From NCBI GenBank assembly GCA_036867785.1, contig CP145409.1, positions 1,054,001 through 1,118,000 on the forward strand: DNA of 64,000 nucleotides, read 5' to 3'. The position numbers and the translations under genes were made by a program. Below are positions 49,861 through 60,548 of this stretch, one piece after another (position 1 is the first letter of the stretch; each line of letters begins with the position of its first letter). The notes under the pieces were generated by a model. The model had not been told where the DNA came from and made no database searches. It was given only the letters and a program-made list of their open reading frames with translations. This DNA is from Plasmodiophora brassicae (taxonomy: Eukaryota).

Positions 49861-50173
49861 CCGCGGGCGCAGAGTTCTTCGCCGACTCTGCGCAGTTCTG
49901 CAACCCGGTGCAGTTCGCTGCGCCTCTGCCACTGCGGTACATCCATGATGTTCCTCCCGAGCCAGTCAGACCCAAAAGTAGAGCCACGAACGCCATCATT
50001 CGTCGTCGTTCATGCTTGCAGTTCCCCACTGTGGCGACAGGTGGAAACTGCGACGGCGGTGTGCAGCTTCCCACTAGGTACTCGCAGCAGCGCAGGTGAC
50101 GTGCGACGTGGTAATTGGCATCCCTCTCAAGTCCGTGGTGGCTGTTTGGGTGCCATCGTCGTGTGCGTCCGGG

Positions 50174-51064
50174 ATGATGATGTGGTGTCGCCGCGCGCTG
50201 TCGACGTCGGCAGTGCCGGTGGACCTGGTGCGATCGCTGCGTGCGAAAACGGGTGCGCCAATTGTCGATTGTCAAAAGGCATTGCTGGAGGCGAAGCTGG
50301 ATATGGATGGTGCCATGCGTCACCTACGGACGACGGGTCTGGCCCGCGCGAGCAAGTATGAAATGCGACCGACGAACCAGGGCGTGATCGCGTTGGCGTC
50401 TGGCCCCGAGGGAGCCGTCCTTATTGAGCTCCAGAGCGAAACGGATTTCGTGGCTCAGAACGAGATCTTCTTGAAGCTGGCGCAGTCGGCGGCTGCCTCC
50501 GCTCTGAAACAATGCACAACGAGCGGTGACTGGGCTAAACCCGACGTCGACGCCATCAAGTCGGGGACAGAAGAGGCGTTCACCGATGCGCTGGTTGCGC
50601 TGCGTGAGAATATCGTCCTGTCTCGCGCCGTTGGGATTCCCGTCCCGCCCGGGTCGTTGCTTGCATCCTACGTGCACAACAAGAAGATGCCGGGCGTTGG
50701 ACAGATCGGTGTCATCGCTGCCCTATCCGGCGACAAAGCGGCGGAGATCGGCGACAAGATCGCCATGCATATCGCGGCCACGTCACCGACGTGCATCGAT
50801 GCCAAGGACATGCCCAGCGCAATGGTCGACGCCGAGCGTACCATCCTGCTGGAGCAGGCGCGGTTAGCGATCCCGGACAAGCCGCAGAAGATCCTCGACT
50901 CGATCGTCAACGGGCGCCTGCAGAAATGGATCTCGGAACGTGTCCTGCTCGATCAGGTCTTCGCCCTGGGCGACGCCCAGCGCACCATTCGTGCCATTCT
51001 CAGCGACCACAACGCGACCGTCAACGCGTTCGCCCGCTTGCGCATCGGTGAGCAGCGCTGCTAG
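50174..51064 (+). CDS. TSFM: Mitochondrial elongation factor Ts
   Basis: Short presequence, LRAKTGAPIVDCQKAL, ELQSETDFVA, IAMHIAA, LLDQVF. Confidence 0.95.
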   Translation: MMMWCRRALSTSAVPVDLVRSLRAKTGAPIVDCQKALLEAKLDMDGAMRHLRTTGLARASKYEMRPTNQGVIALASGPEGAVLIELQSETDFVAQNEIFLKLAQSAAASALKQCTTSGDWAKPDVDAIKSGTEEAFTDALVALRENIVLSRAVGIPVPPGSLLASYVHNKKMPGVGQIGVIAALSGDKAAEIGDKIAMHIAATSPTCIDAKDMPSAMVDAERTILLEQARLAIPDKPQKILDSIVNGRLQKWISERVLLDQVFALGDAQRTIRAILSDHNATVNAFARLRIGEQRC

Positions 51065-51125
51065 GCAACGTATTCCGGTACACTGAACTGTTTAGAACGC
51101 AATCCTCCTATTTCGTATCTTATTA

Positions 51126-53066
51126 TCATAACGTCGTTGTACTCGAGACGGCACGGAGCTGCTCCAGCGCCGACTGCTTGAACGGCCCGATCATGCACGG
51201 GCGGTACTGTTTGCTGTAGGCGTGCGTGAATTGCTCAGCGACGTTATGGTCCCCGTCGCTGGCGAATGGTGCATGAAGGTACCGATTCGACAGGTCGGGG
51301 CGTTCCCGTCGCGCGTACGAGAAGTCCACCTTCACCGATTGCTCAAGCTGGTCGACAGCTTCGCGTTCTGGTGGCCTTGTCATCGATGTCGACCGCGACC
51401 GCGTCTCAACCTTGGCAGGGGTGGCATTCCGCTTCTGATACTGCTGCTCGGGAGCTGGTTCGTTGCCGGTTTCAATATGGCCCGTTGTGGGATCGCTGGG
51501 CCAGATGTACCCATCTTCGATCGCCGCGTCTCCGGCGTCTTCATCAGTGTCGTTACCGTCCTCATCATCGCTATCACTGATCACGGCCCGGGCACCACGA
51601 CGGGCGTTGACAGCACGAACGCGATCGTATGGCATTGGGAGCGTTAGTGACCCGTCCAAGGTTCCACCATGGGACGCATGCAGATACGTGCTGTTGAGCC
51701 GGCGTTCAGTATCGGTCATCTGGTGCTGGTTCTGCTTCGCGACAGCGCCGAACTGGCCTTGCAAGTCATTGCGATAGGATTGCTGGCGATGGATTCTGTC
51801 TTCCTGTTGCTGGCGCCGCCGTTCCCTGTCGACGGCTTCCTGTTCTTTGAGGCGCTGCCTCTCCTGCCGATTCGCTTCGCGTGCTTGCTCCATTCGCTGG
51901 GCACGCTCAGCCAGCAGGTGCTCGTTGGCGGACTTGCACTGTTTGATCAGCTCACGACGCTGCTTCTTCTCCTGTTCAACCCGGGCGTCTTGCGCTTGAT
52001 CCCTCATACGCTGGTAATGGAGCACGTACTGCATCTCGCGTTCCTGCTGCTCCTTCTGAATACGCATGGCGTCCTGCCCGACCATCTCCATCTTAGCCTG
52101 CTTCTCGTAACGTTCCCGCTTCTTCTGTTCGTCTCGCATTCGCGCTTCTTGCTCGGCGCGTTCCATGGCCCGCATCCGGGCCACGTCCTCCTCGCGAGCT
52201 CTCGCCTTCAGCGCCTCCTTCGCCCGGTTCATTGCCTCGTTCTGCTTGTACGCGTCGGCGAACTGAGTAAGACGCGCCTCTCGCTCACTCTGCTCCTTCC
52301 TCCGTTCCACTTTATGGAGCTTCTTCAGCTCCTTCAACCTGCGATTGTCTTCATCGATGCGCCCCTGGCGCTCTCGAGCCATCGCATCCATCTTCATCTT
52401 GCGCATCGTCGTCATGACCTCGTAGATCTCCTTCTTCTCCGCCTGTTTCCTAACAGACTCCTCCTGCTGACGTCGACGCTCGTCTTCAGATCGCTGCTGC
52501 ATCTCCTGGAGCTCAGCGGCCTTCATCTGTTCCCGAGCCGCTACCTGCTTGTCGTGCACGCGCATCTGGTCTAGCAGCTCCCTCCCGATCCCCTTCCGCT
52601 TACGCTGCTCTTCCTGCTTCAATAGCTCTGCCTGCATGTTCGCATACCGTTTCTGCAGGTCAATGACCTTTGCCCAGTCGTCGTTATCCATGTTCCGCTT
52701 GCCGGCGAGGTGACCATATCCGGACACCGGGGTTGGACCATTCGTCAGCGATTGCTCCATCTCTGGTTGCTCCTGGTGCTCCGTTCGCTGAGGCAATGCG
52801 GGTGGTGTCGCCGTTGCGACAGCGACGTCAACAAATGTGTTCTGGCGGACGCGATCCGCAACAGCAGAGGCGGCATCATCGGTTGGCATGTGCAGTAGGT
52901 CATCAATGGCGGCGTCGCCGCTCGTCAAGTAGTCCTTGGCAAGAGACACCAGTTCGTGATGATGACCGAATCGTTTTTCCAGACGGTAGATGATCGACTC
53001 GCGTTTCCGCTGCCGGATCAGCTGATCCCGCTGCCTGCCGGCAGCGCCGGGCGCCGCCGTCGCCAT
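51126..53066 (-). CDS. Long E/Q/R/K-rich coiled-coil protein (TPH-domain-like, possibly ciliary)
   Basis: 646-aa ORF; DDWAKV followed by about 300 aa of charged heptads ending YRNDLQGQ...MTDTERRLN. Confidence 0.6.
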   Translation of the reverse strand: MATAAPGAAGRQRDQLIRQRKRESIIYRLEKRFGHHHELVSLAKDYLTSGDAAIDDLLHMPTDDAASAVADRVRQNTFVDVAVATATPPALPQRTEHQEQPEMEQSLTNGPTPVSGYGHLAGKRNMDNDDWAKVIDLQKRYANMQAELLKQEEQRKRKGIGRELLDQMRVHDKQVAAREQMKAAELQEMQQRSEDERRRQQEESVRKQAEKKEIYEVMTTMRKMKMDAMARERQGRIDEDNRRLKELKKLHKVERRKEQSEREARLTQFADAYKQNEAMNRAKEALKARAREEDVARMRAMERAEQEARMRDEQKKRERYEKQAKMEMVGQDAMRIQKEQQEREMQYVLHYQRMRDQAQDARVEQEKKQRRELIKQCKSANEHLLAERAQRMEQAREANRQERQRLKEQEAVDRERRRQQQEDRIHRQQSYRNDLQGQFGAVAKQNQHQMTDTERRLNSTYLHASHGGTLDGSLTLPMPYDRVRAVNARRGARAVISDSDDEDGNDTDEDAGDAAIEDGYIWPSDPTTGHIETGNEPAPEQQYQKRNATPAKVETRSRSTSMTRPPEREAVDQLEQSVKVDFSYARRERPDLSNRYLHAPFASDGDHNVAEQFTHAYSKQYRPCMIGPFKQSALEQLRAVSSTTTL

Positions 53067-53190
53067 TGTCAGGGATTGATCAGTTACCAGGAGGGCGCCC
53101 AGATACGAGCTCGACCCCGGGGGGGCACGAGCCAGCCAGATATTCCGATCTGGTCACGCCAATGCACTGTTCCGAATAAATAACGCATTG

Positions 53191-53907
53191 TTACAGTGTC
53201 GGGTGCGCCGACCCGAGCCGATCCGAGAACGCCTGCAGGGCGTCGTCGCTGATGCGGGCCCGTTTCTGCGCGGTTTCGCTCGTGTGGACGCGCACCCGCG
53301 AGATCAGGTGCCGCATGCTGTTCGGGATGGCTTCGATCGTGGCCGGCTTGCGTTTGAACCCGCGGTGATGGTTGTCGACGATTCGTTTCAGGGTGCGGCG
53401 TGCGTCCGCATCCGAACATCCCGTCACGTTCGACAGCTGCTGAACGGTCTGCTCCAGCATCGACGGCGTATCTGGCTGGAGCGTCATGCTCAGGTATGGG
53501 ATCAGGTGGTCGGCCACAATGAACGTCGGCGTGATCTCGGGGCTCGACAGAATGCAGACGGCGACGAACATCTTCACTTCGTCGTACAGCGTGTCGACGT
53601 CATCGTACCGGGAGCGAATATTGTACAGAACTTGTTTCATCGCGGTGAACAGAAGCTTGGGAGAATCGGGAACAGACGCGGGGGCAGCGGCCGCGATGGC
53701 GGTAGATTCGACGGGGGCTGAAACGAGAACTGGCGGCCGGACAATTCGCGGCCATCGTCCGTCATCGCTCTCCAGTTGCGCATCGAGGAGGTCCGACACC
53801 TTCAAATCAAGCGCGTCGGCCGCTACTGTTACCCGTTGCGCCATGTGCCGCAGTGACGACAACGATTCGAGCAATCGCTCCCGGAAGTCATCCTCGCTGA
53901 GCGCCAT
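53191..53907 (-). CDS. Hypothetical protein
   Basis: 238-aa ATG ORF with globular helical composition. No family recognised. Confidence 0.55.
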   Translation of the reverse strand: MALSEDDFRERLLESLSSLRHMAQRVTVAADALDLKVSDLLDAQLESDDGRWPRIVRPPVLVSAPVESTAIAAAAPASVPDSPKLLFTAMKQVLYNIRSRYDDVDTLYDEVKMFVAVCILSSPEITPTFIVADHLIPYLSMTLQPDTPSMLEQTVQQLSNVTGCSDADARRTLKRIVDNHHRGFKRKPATIEAIPNSMRHLISRVRVHTSETAQKRARISDDALQAFSDRLGSAHPTL

Positions 53908-54025
53908 CGTCGCCTCGCGGCTGTGAGCTGCATCTCGCCACGGAGTTTATTTCGCACGCAATACGGATGGTATCGCCATCTGCTTTTCTGCTGCCGAGTT
54001 CATGGCCTGCTTCAGGGATCCACGT

Positions 54026-55474
54026 TTACTGTGGTATAATGGATGCAGTCCTCCTCTCGCCAACGGTGACGAATATCGGACCGTTCTGAGCCGTATTGCG
54101 TCGGTCTACGGATTGATCGCCTACGCCATGCGACATGAGGACTCCCCGCAGGCGCCGTTCATGTTCGACCTTCTCGGCGAACTGCTCCCAGGCGTCCGAG
54201 TGCTCCAGCTTGAACCTTACAAAGGTATCCGAGTCCATCAGCCTAAGGATTTCCTTCTGGGCGCTCGTGAACATATTCCTGTGCAGGAGCGTGCTATCCT
54301 TGATCTGGTTGTTGCGGAACGCTCGCACAAAACTGGACGACAGGTTCACCTCCTGAGGAGCTCCTGAGGCCAGATACTCGTGATAGATCTGTCGCGCCAT
54401 GCTGAGGTTGTCATCCGAGGTACGCCTCGCGTAGTCGTCCCTGAACGACGCGACCGCGATGAAGAAGTTGAGGTTCTCACTGGCCATCTCTTTGTCGCAG
54501 AACGCCTTGAATTTCGCACAACCTTCTGGGCTCTTGATGAACTTCTCCAGCAATTGCAGGTCGTCATCGGAGTCGGTGTCGGCCATAAAGATTGGGAAAA
54601 CCATGGTCGTGATGACCAGGGTCGCAAAGACATACCCGAAGTTGTGCACTTCAGTGAAGACATCCGTCCAGAACGCATCCCTGGTAAATGCGGCCCTGGT
54701 CAGCGCGTCGATGTTGATCGCACCAAGACCGATGAAGTCGAGGGCCACAAACACGGCCTGCATGATGTTCAACATGATGTAGAATTGCATGCGGTGCTCG
54801 ACGGAAGGCGTCAGCGTCAACTGCTGTAGCAGGTTGCGCATGCGGACGACAATGCTGACCGTCAGGGCAATGATAATGATGCCCTCTGCGTGGTAGACCA
54901 GCTGTGGGTAGACGATGGACATGGAGACAGTCGGGGCCACCGCTTGTGCAATCGGGTACAACGCCAACGATAGAACCGAATACGCCTCGTATGCCAGGAA
55001 CTCCCAAGTACGACCGAACGAAACGCCCAGATGCTTCTTAACCGTAACATGCCAGTAGGCGAGGCCGAGAAAATGTGCACTGCTCTTCAGCGCGAATGAT
55101 ACGTTCAGCAGCTCGTTGCAGATTGGGAGCAGTGTAAACTGATCATAGGCGCTCCACTGGGCGGCCGGCAGTGGTACCACCTGGACAACGTCCTTGTGCG
55201 CCGAGTACTGGGTGACCAGGTATCCCTCCGTATACTTGATCTTGACGTTGATTGATTGATAGATGACCATGAGAATTAAGGAGACGAGGTTCAGGATGGC
55301 CAGGATGCCTTGGATGTTGGGCTGCCGTGTCCTCACGCTGATCGGGCGCAAGACGGCGATCCCCTGCTTGTTCTGTACGATACGTATCACCAGGTATACG
55401 GTCGAGATCGTCATCAGGGCGCACCGCTCAACGTACGACAGCGGTGCCAGATGTGACAACGCCAGCGGCAACAT
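54026..55474 (-). CDS. 7TM-RGS protein, family B, copy B1 (intronless)
   Basis: Seven hydrophobic helices, then RGS: FKAFCDKEMASENLNFF, ARQIYHEYLASGAPQEVNLS, FTSAQKEILRLMDSDTFVRF. Confidence 0.92.
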   Translation of the reverse strand: MLPLALSHLAPLSYVERCALMTISTVYLVIRIVQNKQGIAVLRPISVRTRQPNIQGILAILNLVSLILMVIYQSINVKIKYTEGYLVTQYSAHKDVVQVVPLPAAQWSAYDQFTLLPICNELLNVSFALKSSAHFLGLAYWHVTVKKHLGVSFGRTWEFLAYEAYSVLSLALYPIAQAVAPTVSMSIVYPQLVYHAEGIIIIALTVSIVVRMRNLLQQLTLTPSVEHRMQFYIMLNIMQAVFVALDFIGLGAINIDALTRAAFTRDAFWTDVFTEVHNFGYVFATLVITTMVFPIFMADTDSDDDLQLLEKFIKSPEGCAKFKAFCDKEMASENLNFFIAVASFRDDYARRTSDDNLSMARQIYHEYLASGAPQEVNLSSSFVRAFRNNQIKDSTLLHRNMFTSAQKEILRLMDSDTFVRFKLEHSDAWEQFAEKVEHERRLRGVLMSHGVGDQSVDRRNTAQNGPIFVTVGERRTASIIPQ

Positions 55475-55744
55475 GATGAACCACCGCTCTTGGCAGGCAA
55501 ATGCTGCACACGGATGGTGCGATCGCCCATAGGTACCAGCCCATATATCGTGCGAATCTCCATGACCTTCGATTGGTCAATCTCACAACGAAGGGCGGGA
55601 GGCACTGCTGAATAGCCGTAACTCTTCCCCCAAGCTCGACTTCCAACAGACCGACATTAGGAAGTTGCCATGAGGCACTCAGCATTGGTAAAGAAGGGGA
55701 CTGCGCCGACAACTCCTATTATGAATATACGCTGCGCAGGACCT

Positions 55745-57187
55745 TCATTTGTTGGATCGGCTGTCGAGCGGCATCTTTGTCTCGCCAACGTGGACTTGTA
55801 CACTGCCGTACTGCATGAGCCGGGACTGATCACCGACGCCCTCCGACTGGAGAGCGCCTCGGAGACGTTGCTCCTGCTCGACCTTCTCGGCGAATTGCCT
55901 CCACATGGCAGGGTTCTCGACCTTGAATCGGGCAAACGTGTCCGCGTCCATCAACTTGAAGATTTCTTGCTGCGCGATAGCGAACGTGTTCTCGTGTAGA
56001 AGCGCGCCGTCTATGAACTGGTTGCTGCGAAATGCTCGCACGAAATTGGACGACAGGTTCACTTCCTGAGGGGCGCCAGGCGCCAGATATTCGTGATAGA
56101 TCTGTCTGGCCAAGCAAAGGTTCTCATCCGGTGATCGCTTCGCGTAATCGTTCTTGAACGACACGGCGGCGAGGAAGAAGTTGACGTTCTCGCTGGCCAT
56201 CTCCTTGTCGCAGAACTCCTTGAACTTCGCTCGCCCCTCCGGGGTCAAAATGAATTTCTCCAGCATTCGTACGTTGCCAGCCGACTCTGCCTCGTTCGCG
56301 AATATGGGGAACACCATGGTCGTGATGACAATTGTCGCAAATGCATACCCGATGTTGAACACCTCGGTAAAGATGTCCGTCCAGAAGGCATTCTTTGTGA
56401 AGGCACCTCTCGTGATCGTGTCGATATTGATGGCACCGAGGCCCACGAAATCCATCGCCACAAACACCGCCTGCAGGATGTTCAGCGTGATGTAGAATTG
56501 CATGCGACGTACGGCGGATGGCGGCAAGGACAACAATTTCATCAGATTGCGCATGCGAACAACGATGCTGACTGTCAATGCGACAATAATGATGCCCTCC
56601 ACGTGGTAGATTAGTTGCGGGTACACGATGGACAACGAGACGGTTGGAGCGGCGGATTGTGCAATCGGGTACAACGCCAATGACAGAAACGAATAGGCCT
56701 CATACGCGACAAATTCCCATGTTCGCCCGAAAGACACTCCCAAATGTTTCTTCACCGTCACGTGCCAGTAGGCGAGGCCGAGGAAATGTGCACTGCTCTT
56801 CAGCGCGAACGCCACATTCAGTAACTCATTGCAGACGGGAAGCAGTGTGAACTGATCGTAGCCGTTCCACATGCCCGCCGGCAGAGGTACAGCGTGGACA
56901 ACGTCCTTCTGCGTCATGTACTCGGTGACCAGGTACCCCTCCGTGTATTTGACCTTGACGTTGATGGCGTTGTAAACATCGTAAACGATCAGGGAAATGA
57001 GGTTTAAAACGGCGACGATGCCTTGGATGTTGGGCTGTCGCGTCTTCGTGTTGATCGGGCACAGGACGGCGATTCCCTGCTTGTTCTGTGCAATGCGAAC
57101 CACCAGGTATAAGAGCGATATTGTCAGCAGAGCGCACCGGTCCATGTACGACAACGGCGGTAGATGCGACAACACAATCGGGAACAT
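55745..57187 (-). CDS. 7TM-RGS protein, family B, copy B2
   Basis: Collinear paralog of B1 (KYTEGY, FALKSSAHFLGLAYW, FGRTWEF, SENVNFF, APQEVNLS). Start MFPIVLSHL assigned by homology. Confidence 0.92.
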   Translation of the reverse strand: MFPIVLSHLPPLSYMDRCALLTISLLYLVVRIAQNKQGIAVLCPINTKTRQPNIQGIVAVLNLISLIVYDVYNAINVKVKYTEGYLVTEYMTQKDVVHAVPLPAGMWNGYDQFTLLPVCNELLNVAFALKSSAHFLGLAYWHVTVKKHLGVSFGRTWEFVAYEAYSFLSLALYPIAQSAAPTVSLSIVYPQLIYHVEGIIIVALTVSIVVRMRNLMKLLSLPPSAVRRMQFYITLNILQAVFVAMDFVGLGAINIDTITRGAFTKNAFWTDIFTEVFNIGYAFATIVITTMVFPIFANEAESAGNVRMLEKFILTPEGRAKFKEFCDKEMASENVNFFLAAVSFKNDYAKRSPDENLCLARQIYHEYLAPGAPQEVNLSSNFVRAFRSNQFIDGALLHENTFAIAQQEIFKLMDADTFARFKVENPAMWRQFAEKVEQEQRLRGALQSEGVGDQSRLMQYGSVQVHVGETKMPLDSRSNK

Positions 57188-57999
57188 TGGTGTACGACGG
57201 TCGTTCGGATTGTGCCATACTTGTTGACGCACCGATCCGATCTGCGACCGTCCATGGTACTGAATAATATGGCAAATATCTTCCCGGCGAGTTCCGCAGC
57301 ATCCCTTTGGCCCTGAGAGATTGTCATTTATCGGCGCATGGCCACTGGACGTGTGACAGCGGCAATCGATCGTCGGGTTTCTTCTGCATCAGCTGGACAG
57401 ATTCTACCTGAGAAGAACACGAAGGCATGCTGAGGCGCCAACCTGCTTGGTCCAGAAACTTCGAATGCTCGCCTCGATGCCAAGGACGGGCATGGTCCCA
57501 GGTTTCAGGTGATTGGGCTTCCCGCGAATGCGAAGTGGCAAGCGCACGCGCTCGTGAGGCTTGGAGAAAGCAGACGGGGAGGCTCGCTCTGCATCGCTCG
57601 GCTGATATTCGCTGACGATCGCGGCGGGTTCTTCGACGGAAGGCAGTTCAGGATTTGAACAGATTCCACCCACCTCTTCCATTCACAAACATGCACGCTG
57701 GACTCTACGCCTGTATCGTAATCTCTGCGCCCAACGGCGCCGTTCTAGCCTCAGCATCAGCGATGGGCTGACCCAAGTCAATCAATCCAGCCTGCGGCTC
57801 CCGCACCGGCGCCGTCCACCTGTGCGTGCTGACGTCGATCGTACCGATGGCGTGACCGAGCATCGTCGTGTGGGAATGAACGCTCTCGACCTATTTGCGT
57901 TAACGTACATCGCGGTGTCCACAGAGTTGCCACTGTCCAGGTTTCGAGTTTCGCTGCGTTCTAGATTATCACTGCCACCCACGTGCCGGGCATTCATGT

Positions 58000-59439
58000 T
58001 TATACACGAGCTGCAGAAGTGGTTTGGCTCGTACCGCTAACGTGGATATGGACGCTGCTGGTCGGAATGAAGTGCGACTGGTCGCCGACGCCATTCGACA
58101 GGAGGGCACCTCGGAGACGTCGCTCCTGATCGACTTTCTCGGCGAACTGGTTCCACACTGCTGGGTTCTGGACCTTGAATCGCGCGAACGTTTCCGAATC
58201 CAACAACTTTAGGATCTCCTGCTGCGCGTATGTGAACGTATCTTCGAATAGAAGCGTGTCATCTTTGAACCCATTGGCTCGGAAACCTTCCACGGCATCG
58301 AAGGACAAGTTCACTTCTTGAGGGGCTCCAGGAGCCAGGTATTCGTTGTAGATCTGCTGAGCCAGGAGCAAGTTGTCCTCATGTGTGCGCCTCGCATAGT
58401 CGTCCTTGAACGCTGCGACCTGCAGGACGAAATTGATGTTCTCGCTGGCCATCACCTTCTCGCAGAACGTCTTGAACTTGGATCGTCCTTCTGGGGTCCT
58501 GATGAACTTCACCAACATCCGCACGTTGTCGGCAGCATCCGTTTCTTCCAGGAAAATGGGGAACACCATGGTCGTGATCACTATTGTCGCCAGCGCATAG
58601 CCAATGTTGAATATCGCAGTGAAGATATCTGTCCAAAAGGCGTTCTTCGTGAACGCGCCCGTCGTCATCGCATCGATGTTGATGGTGCCGAGGCCGATAA
58701 ACTCCAGCGCCACAAATACTGCCTGCATGACGTTCAGCGTGATGTAGAATTGCATGCGGCGCACCATCGAAGGAGGCAGCGACAGCTGTTGCAGGAGGCA
58801 GCGCATGCGAACGACGATGCTGATGGTCAGGATGACGACAATCAGGTTCTCAGCGTGGTAGACCAGCTGAGGGTATATGATCGACATGCCCACAGTGGGG
58901 GCGGCGGCTTGTGCAATCGGGTACAGGGCCAGCGATAGCACAGAATACGCTTCGTAGGCGAGGAACTCCCAGGTCCTTCCGAAGGACACGCCCAGCTGCT
59001 TCTTGACGGTCACATGCCAGTACGCCAGCGCCAAGAAGTGTGCGCTGCTCTTCAAGGCGAATGTCACGTTGATCAGCTCATTGCAGACCGGCAGCAATGC
59101 GAACTGGTCATTGGGACTCCACTTGCCGGCGGGCAGAGGGATCGCTTGGACAACGTCCTTCTCCGCCAAGTATTGGGTGACCAGGAATCCCTCCGTGTAC
59201 TTGATCTTGACGTTGATGACGTCATACACCTGGAAAAGGATCAAGGCAACGAGGTTCAGTGTGGCGATGAGGCCTTGGATGTTGGGCTGTCGCGTATTCA
59301 TGTTAACCGGGCGCAGCACGGCGAACCCATGCTTATTCTGGCTTAGGCGCAGTACCAAATAGACGAGCGACACCGACAGCAACACGAATCGTTCGATGTA
59401 GGAGAACGGCGCTAGGTGAGACAACGCCAGCGGGATCAT
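58000..59439 (-). CDS. 7TM-RGS protein, family B, copy B3
   Basis: Collinear paralog with start MIPLALSHL, SENINFV, APQEVNLS and LLDSETFARF. Confidence 0.92.
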   Translation of the reverse strand: MIPLALSHLAPFSYIERFVLLSVSLVYLVLRLSQNKHGFAVLRPVNMNTRQPNIQGLIATLNLVALILFQVYDVINVKIKYTEGFLVTQYLAEKDVVQAIPLPAGKWSPNDQFALLPVCNELINVTFALKSSAHFLALAYWHVTVKKQLGVSFGRTWEFLAYEAYSVLSLALYPIAQAAAPTVGMSIIYPQLVYHAENLIVVILTISIVVRMRCLLQQLSLPPSMVRRMQFYITLNVMQAVFVALEFIGLGTINIDAMTTGAFTKNAFWTDIFTAIFNIGYALATIVITTMVFPIFLEETDAADNVRMLVKFIRTPEGRSKFKTFCEKVMASENINFVLQVAAFKDDYARRTHEDNLLLAQQIYNEYLAPGAPQEVNLSFDAVEGFRANGFKDDTLLFEDTFTYAQQEILKLLDSETFARFKVQNPAVWNQFAEKVDQERRLRGALLSNGVGDQSHFIPTSSVHIHVSGTSQTTSAARV

Positions 59440-60548
59440 CGCGCCCGGCAACGGGATATTGCACACTGGAAAGGGCGCGGGAGATATGCACACGCGGACA
59501 ATATTATGCATCGCATCGGCGACAAAATATCTGCGCGAGCCCACTTTCAAATCTTCGGCTGTATGTACGTCGATGGTCTCGTGCGGTTTGCCGTACCAAG
59601 AAGTGGCCAGGGATCTCCCGGAATATCAATTTGCATTTCGGTTCCTCTACCAATCCGTGTTCATCAAATGTAACGCCGCGGCAGATCGGCTGAAACGGCA
59701 ACGTTCAGACAATGCAGATCGTCGGCATCGGCTATGAAGAGACGTTCGCGCCAGTAGCCAAACTAAATCGTTGACCGGAACCCATTGAGGTTAAGACGCC
59801 CTCGCAGCTGGTGAGCTGGAACAAATTCAGCGAGGTCTCGATCTCTCCCGCCCGCAAGGTCACAACGCTCTGATCGTCGACGACCTCGCACCCGTTCTTT
59901 CCCAAATCGCCTCGTCTGATGAGTGATTACCGAGCTGGCCTGCCTCCTCAACAGCACGTTCAAGACGACTGGACGCCAGACGCCGGAGTGGAACAACACA
60001 GTTTGGGTACCTGTCGCGGAAGTCTCTTCATAGGCGATGCCTCACTTCATACGCGGCCACACTGGTATTGTGTGTGCGGGGCTAGCCTCGATTCTTGCTG
60101 GAGCGTCAGTGAACACGTTCTCGTGTATGCGTTGAATTTGTACCGTTGCCCGGTAATTTGCCAGGTATCGTATAAGGCATTGCCCTGCATGTTTGGATTG
60201 CATTGCCGATACTGCCACCGGAATGGTCAACTTTCAATCCACAAGTCGCAGCTTCGCCCAGCACATTTTGAGACGATATCAGCTGAACCTCAGCACAATT
60301 GGACAGAACCAGACCCTCGACCGAACCAGGAACAGGTGTACTGCTTAAGCATACACGGAAACCGAGACATGTAGGACGCGGCACTGGATATGACGACGAC
60401 AGAAATCCATCGTGCACTGAAAGGCATCGTAAGAGACAGAGCAAGAAGATCAGCGAAAAAGATGATGCGACAGCGCCTACGTCCTCAAGTATGCCGATAA
60501 ACTAGCCAATGGCTGGACGGTGAGAGGTTCATTGGATGAAATCAGTCA

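Noticed and set aside
57300-57990. Small ORFs between B2 and B3 (and at 59700-60500)
   Set aside because: No homology to family B, no motifs and no clear splice structure; treated as intergenic.
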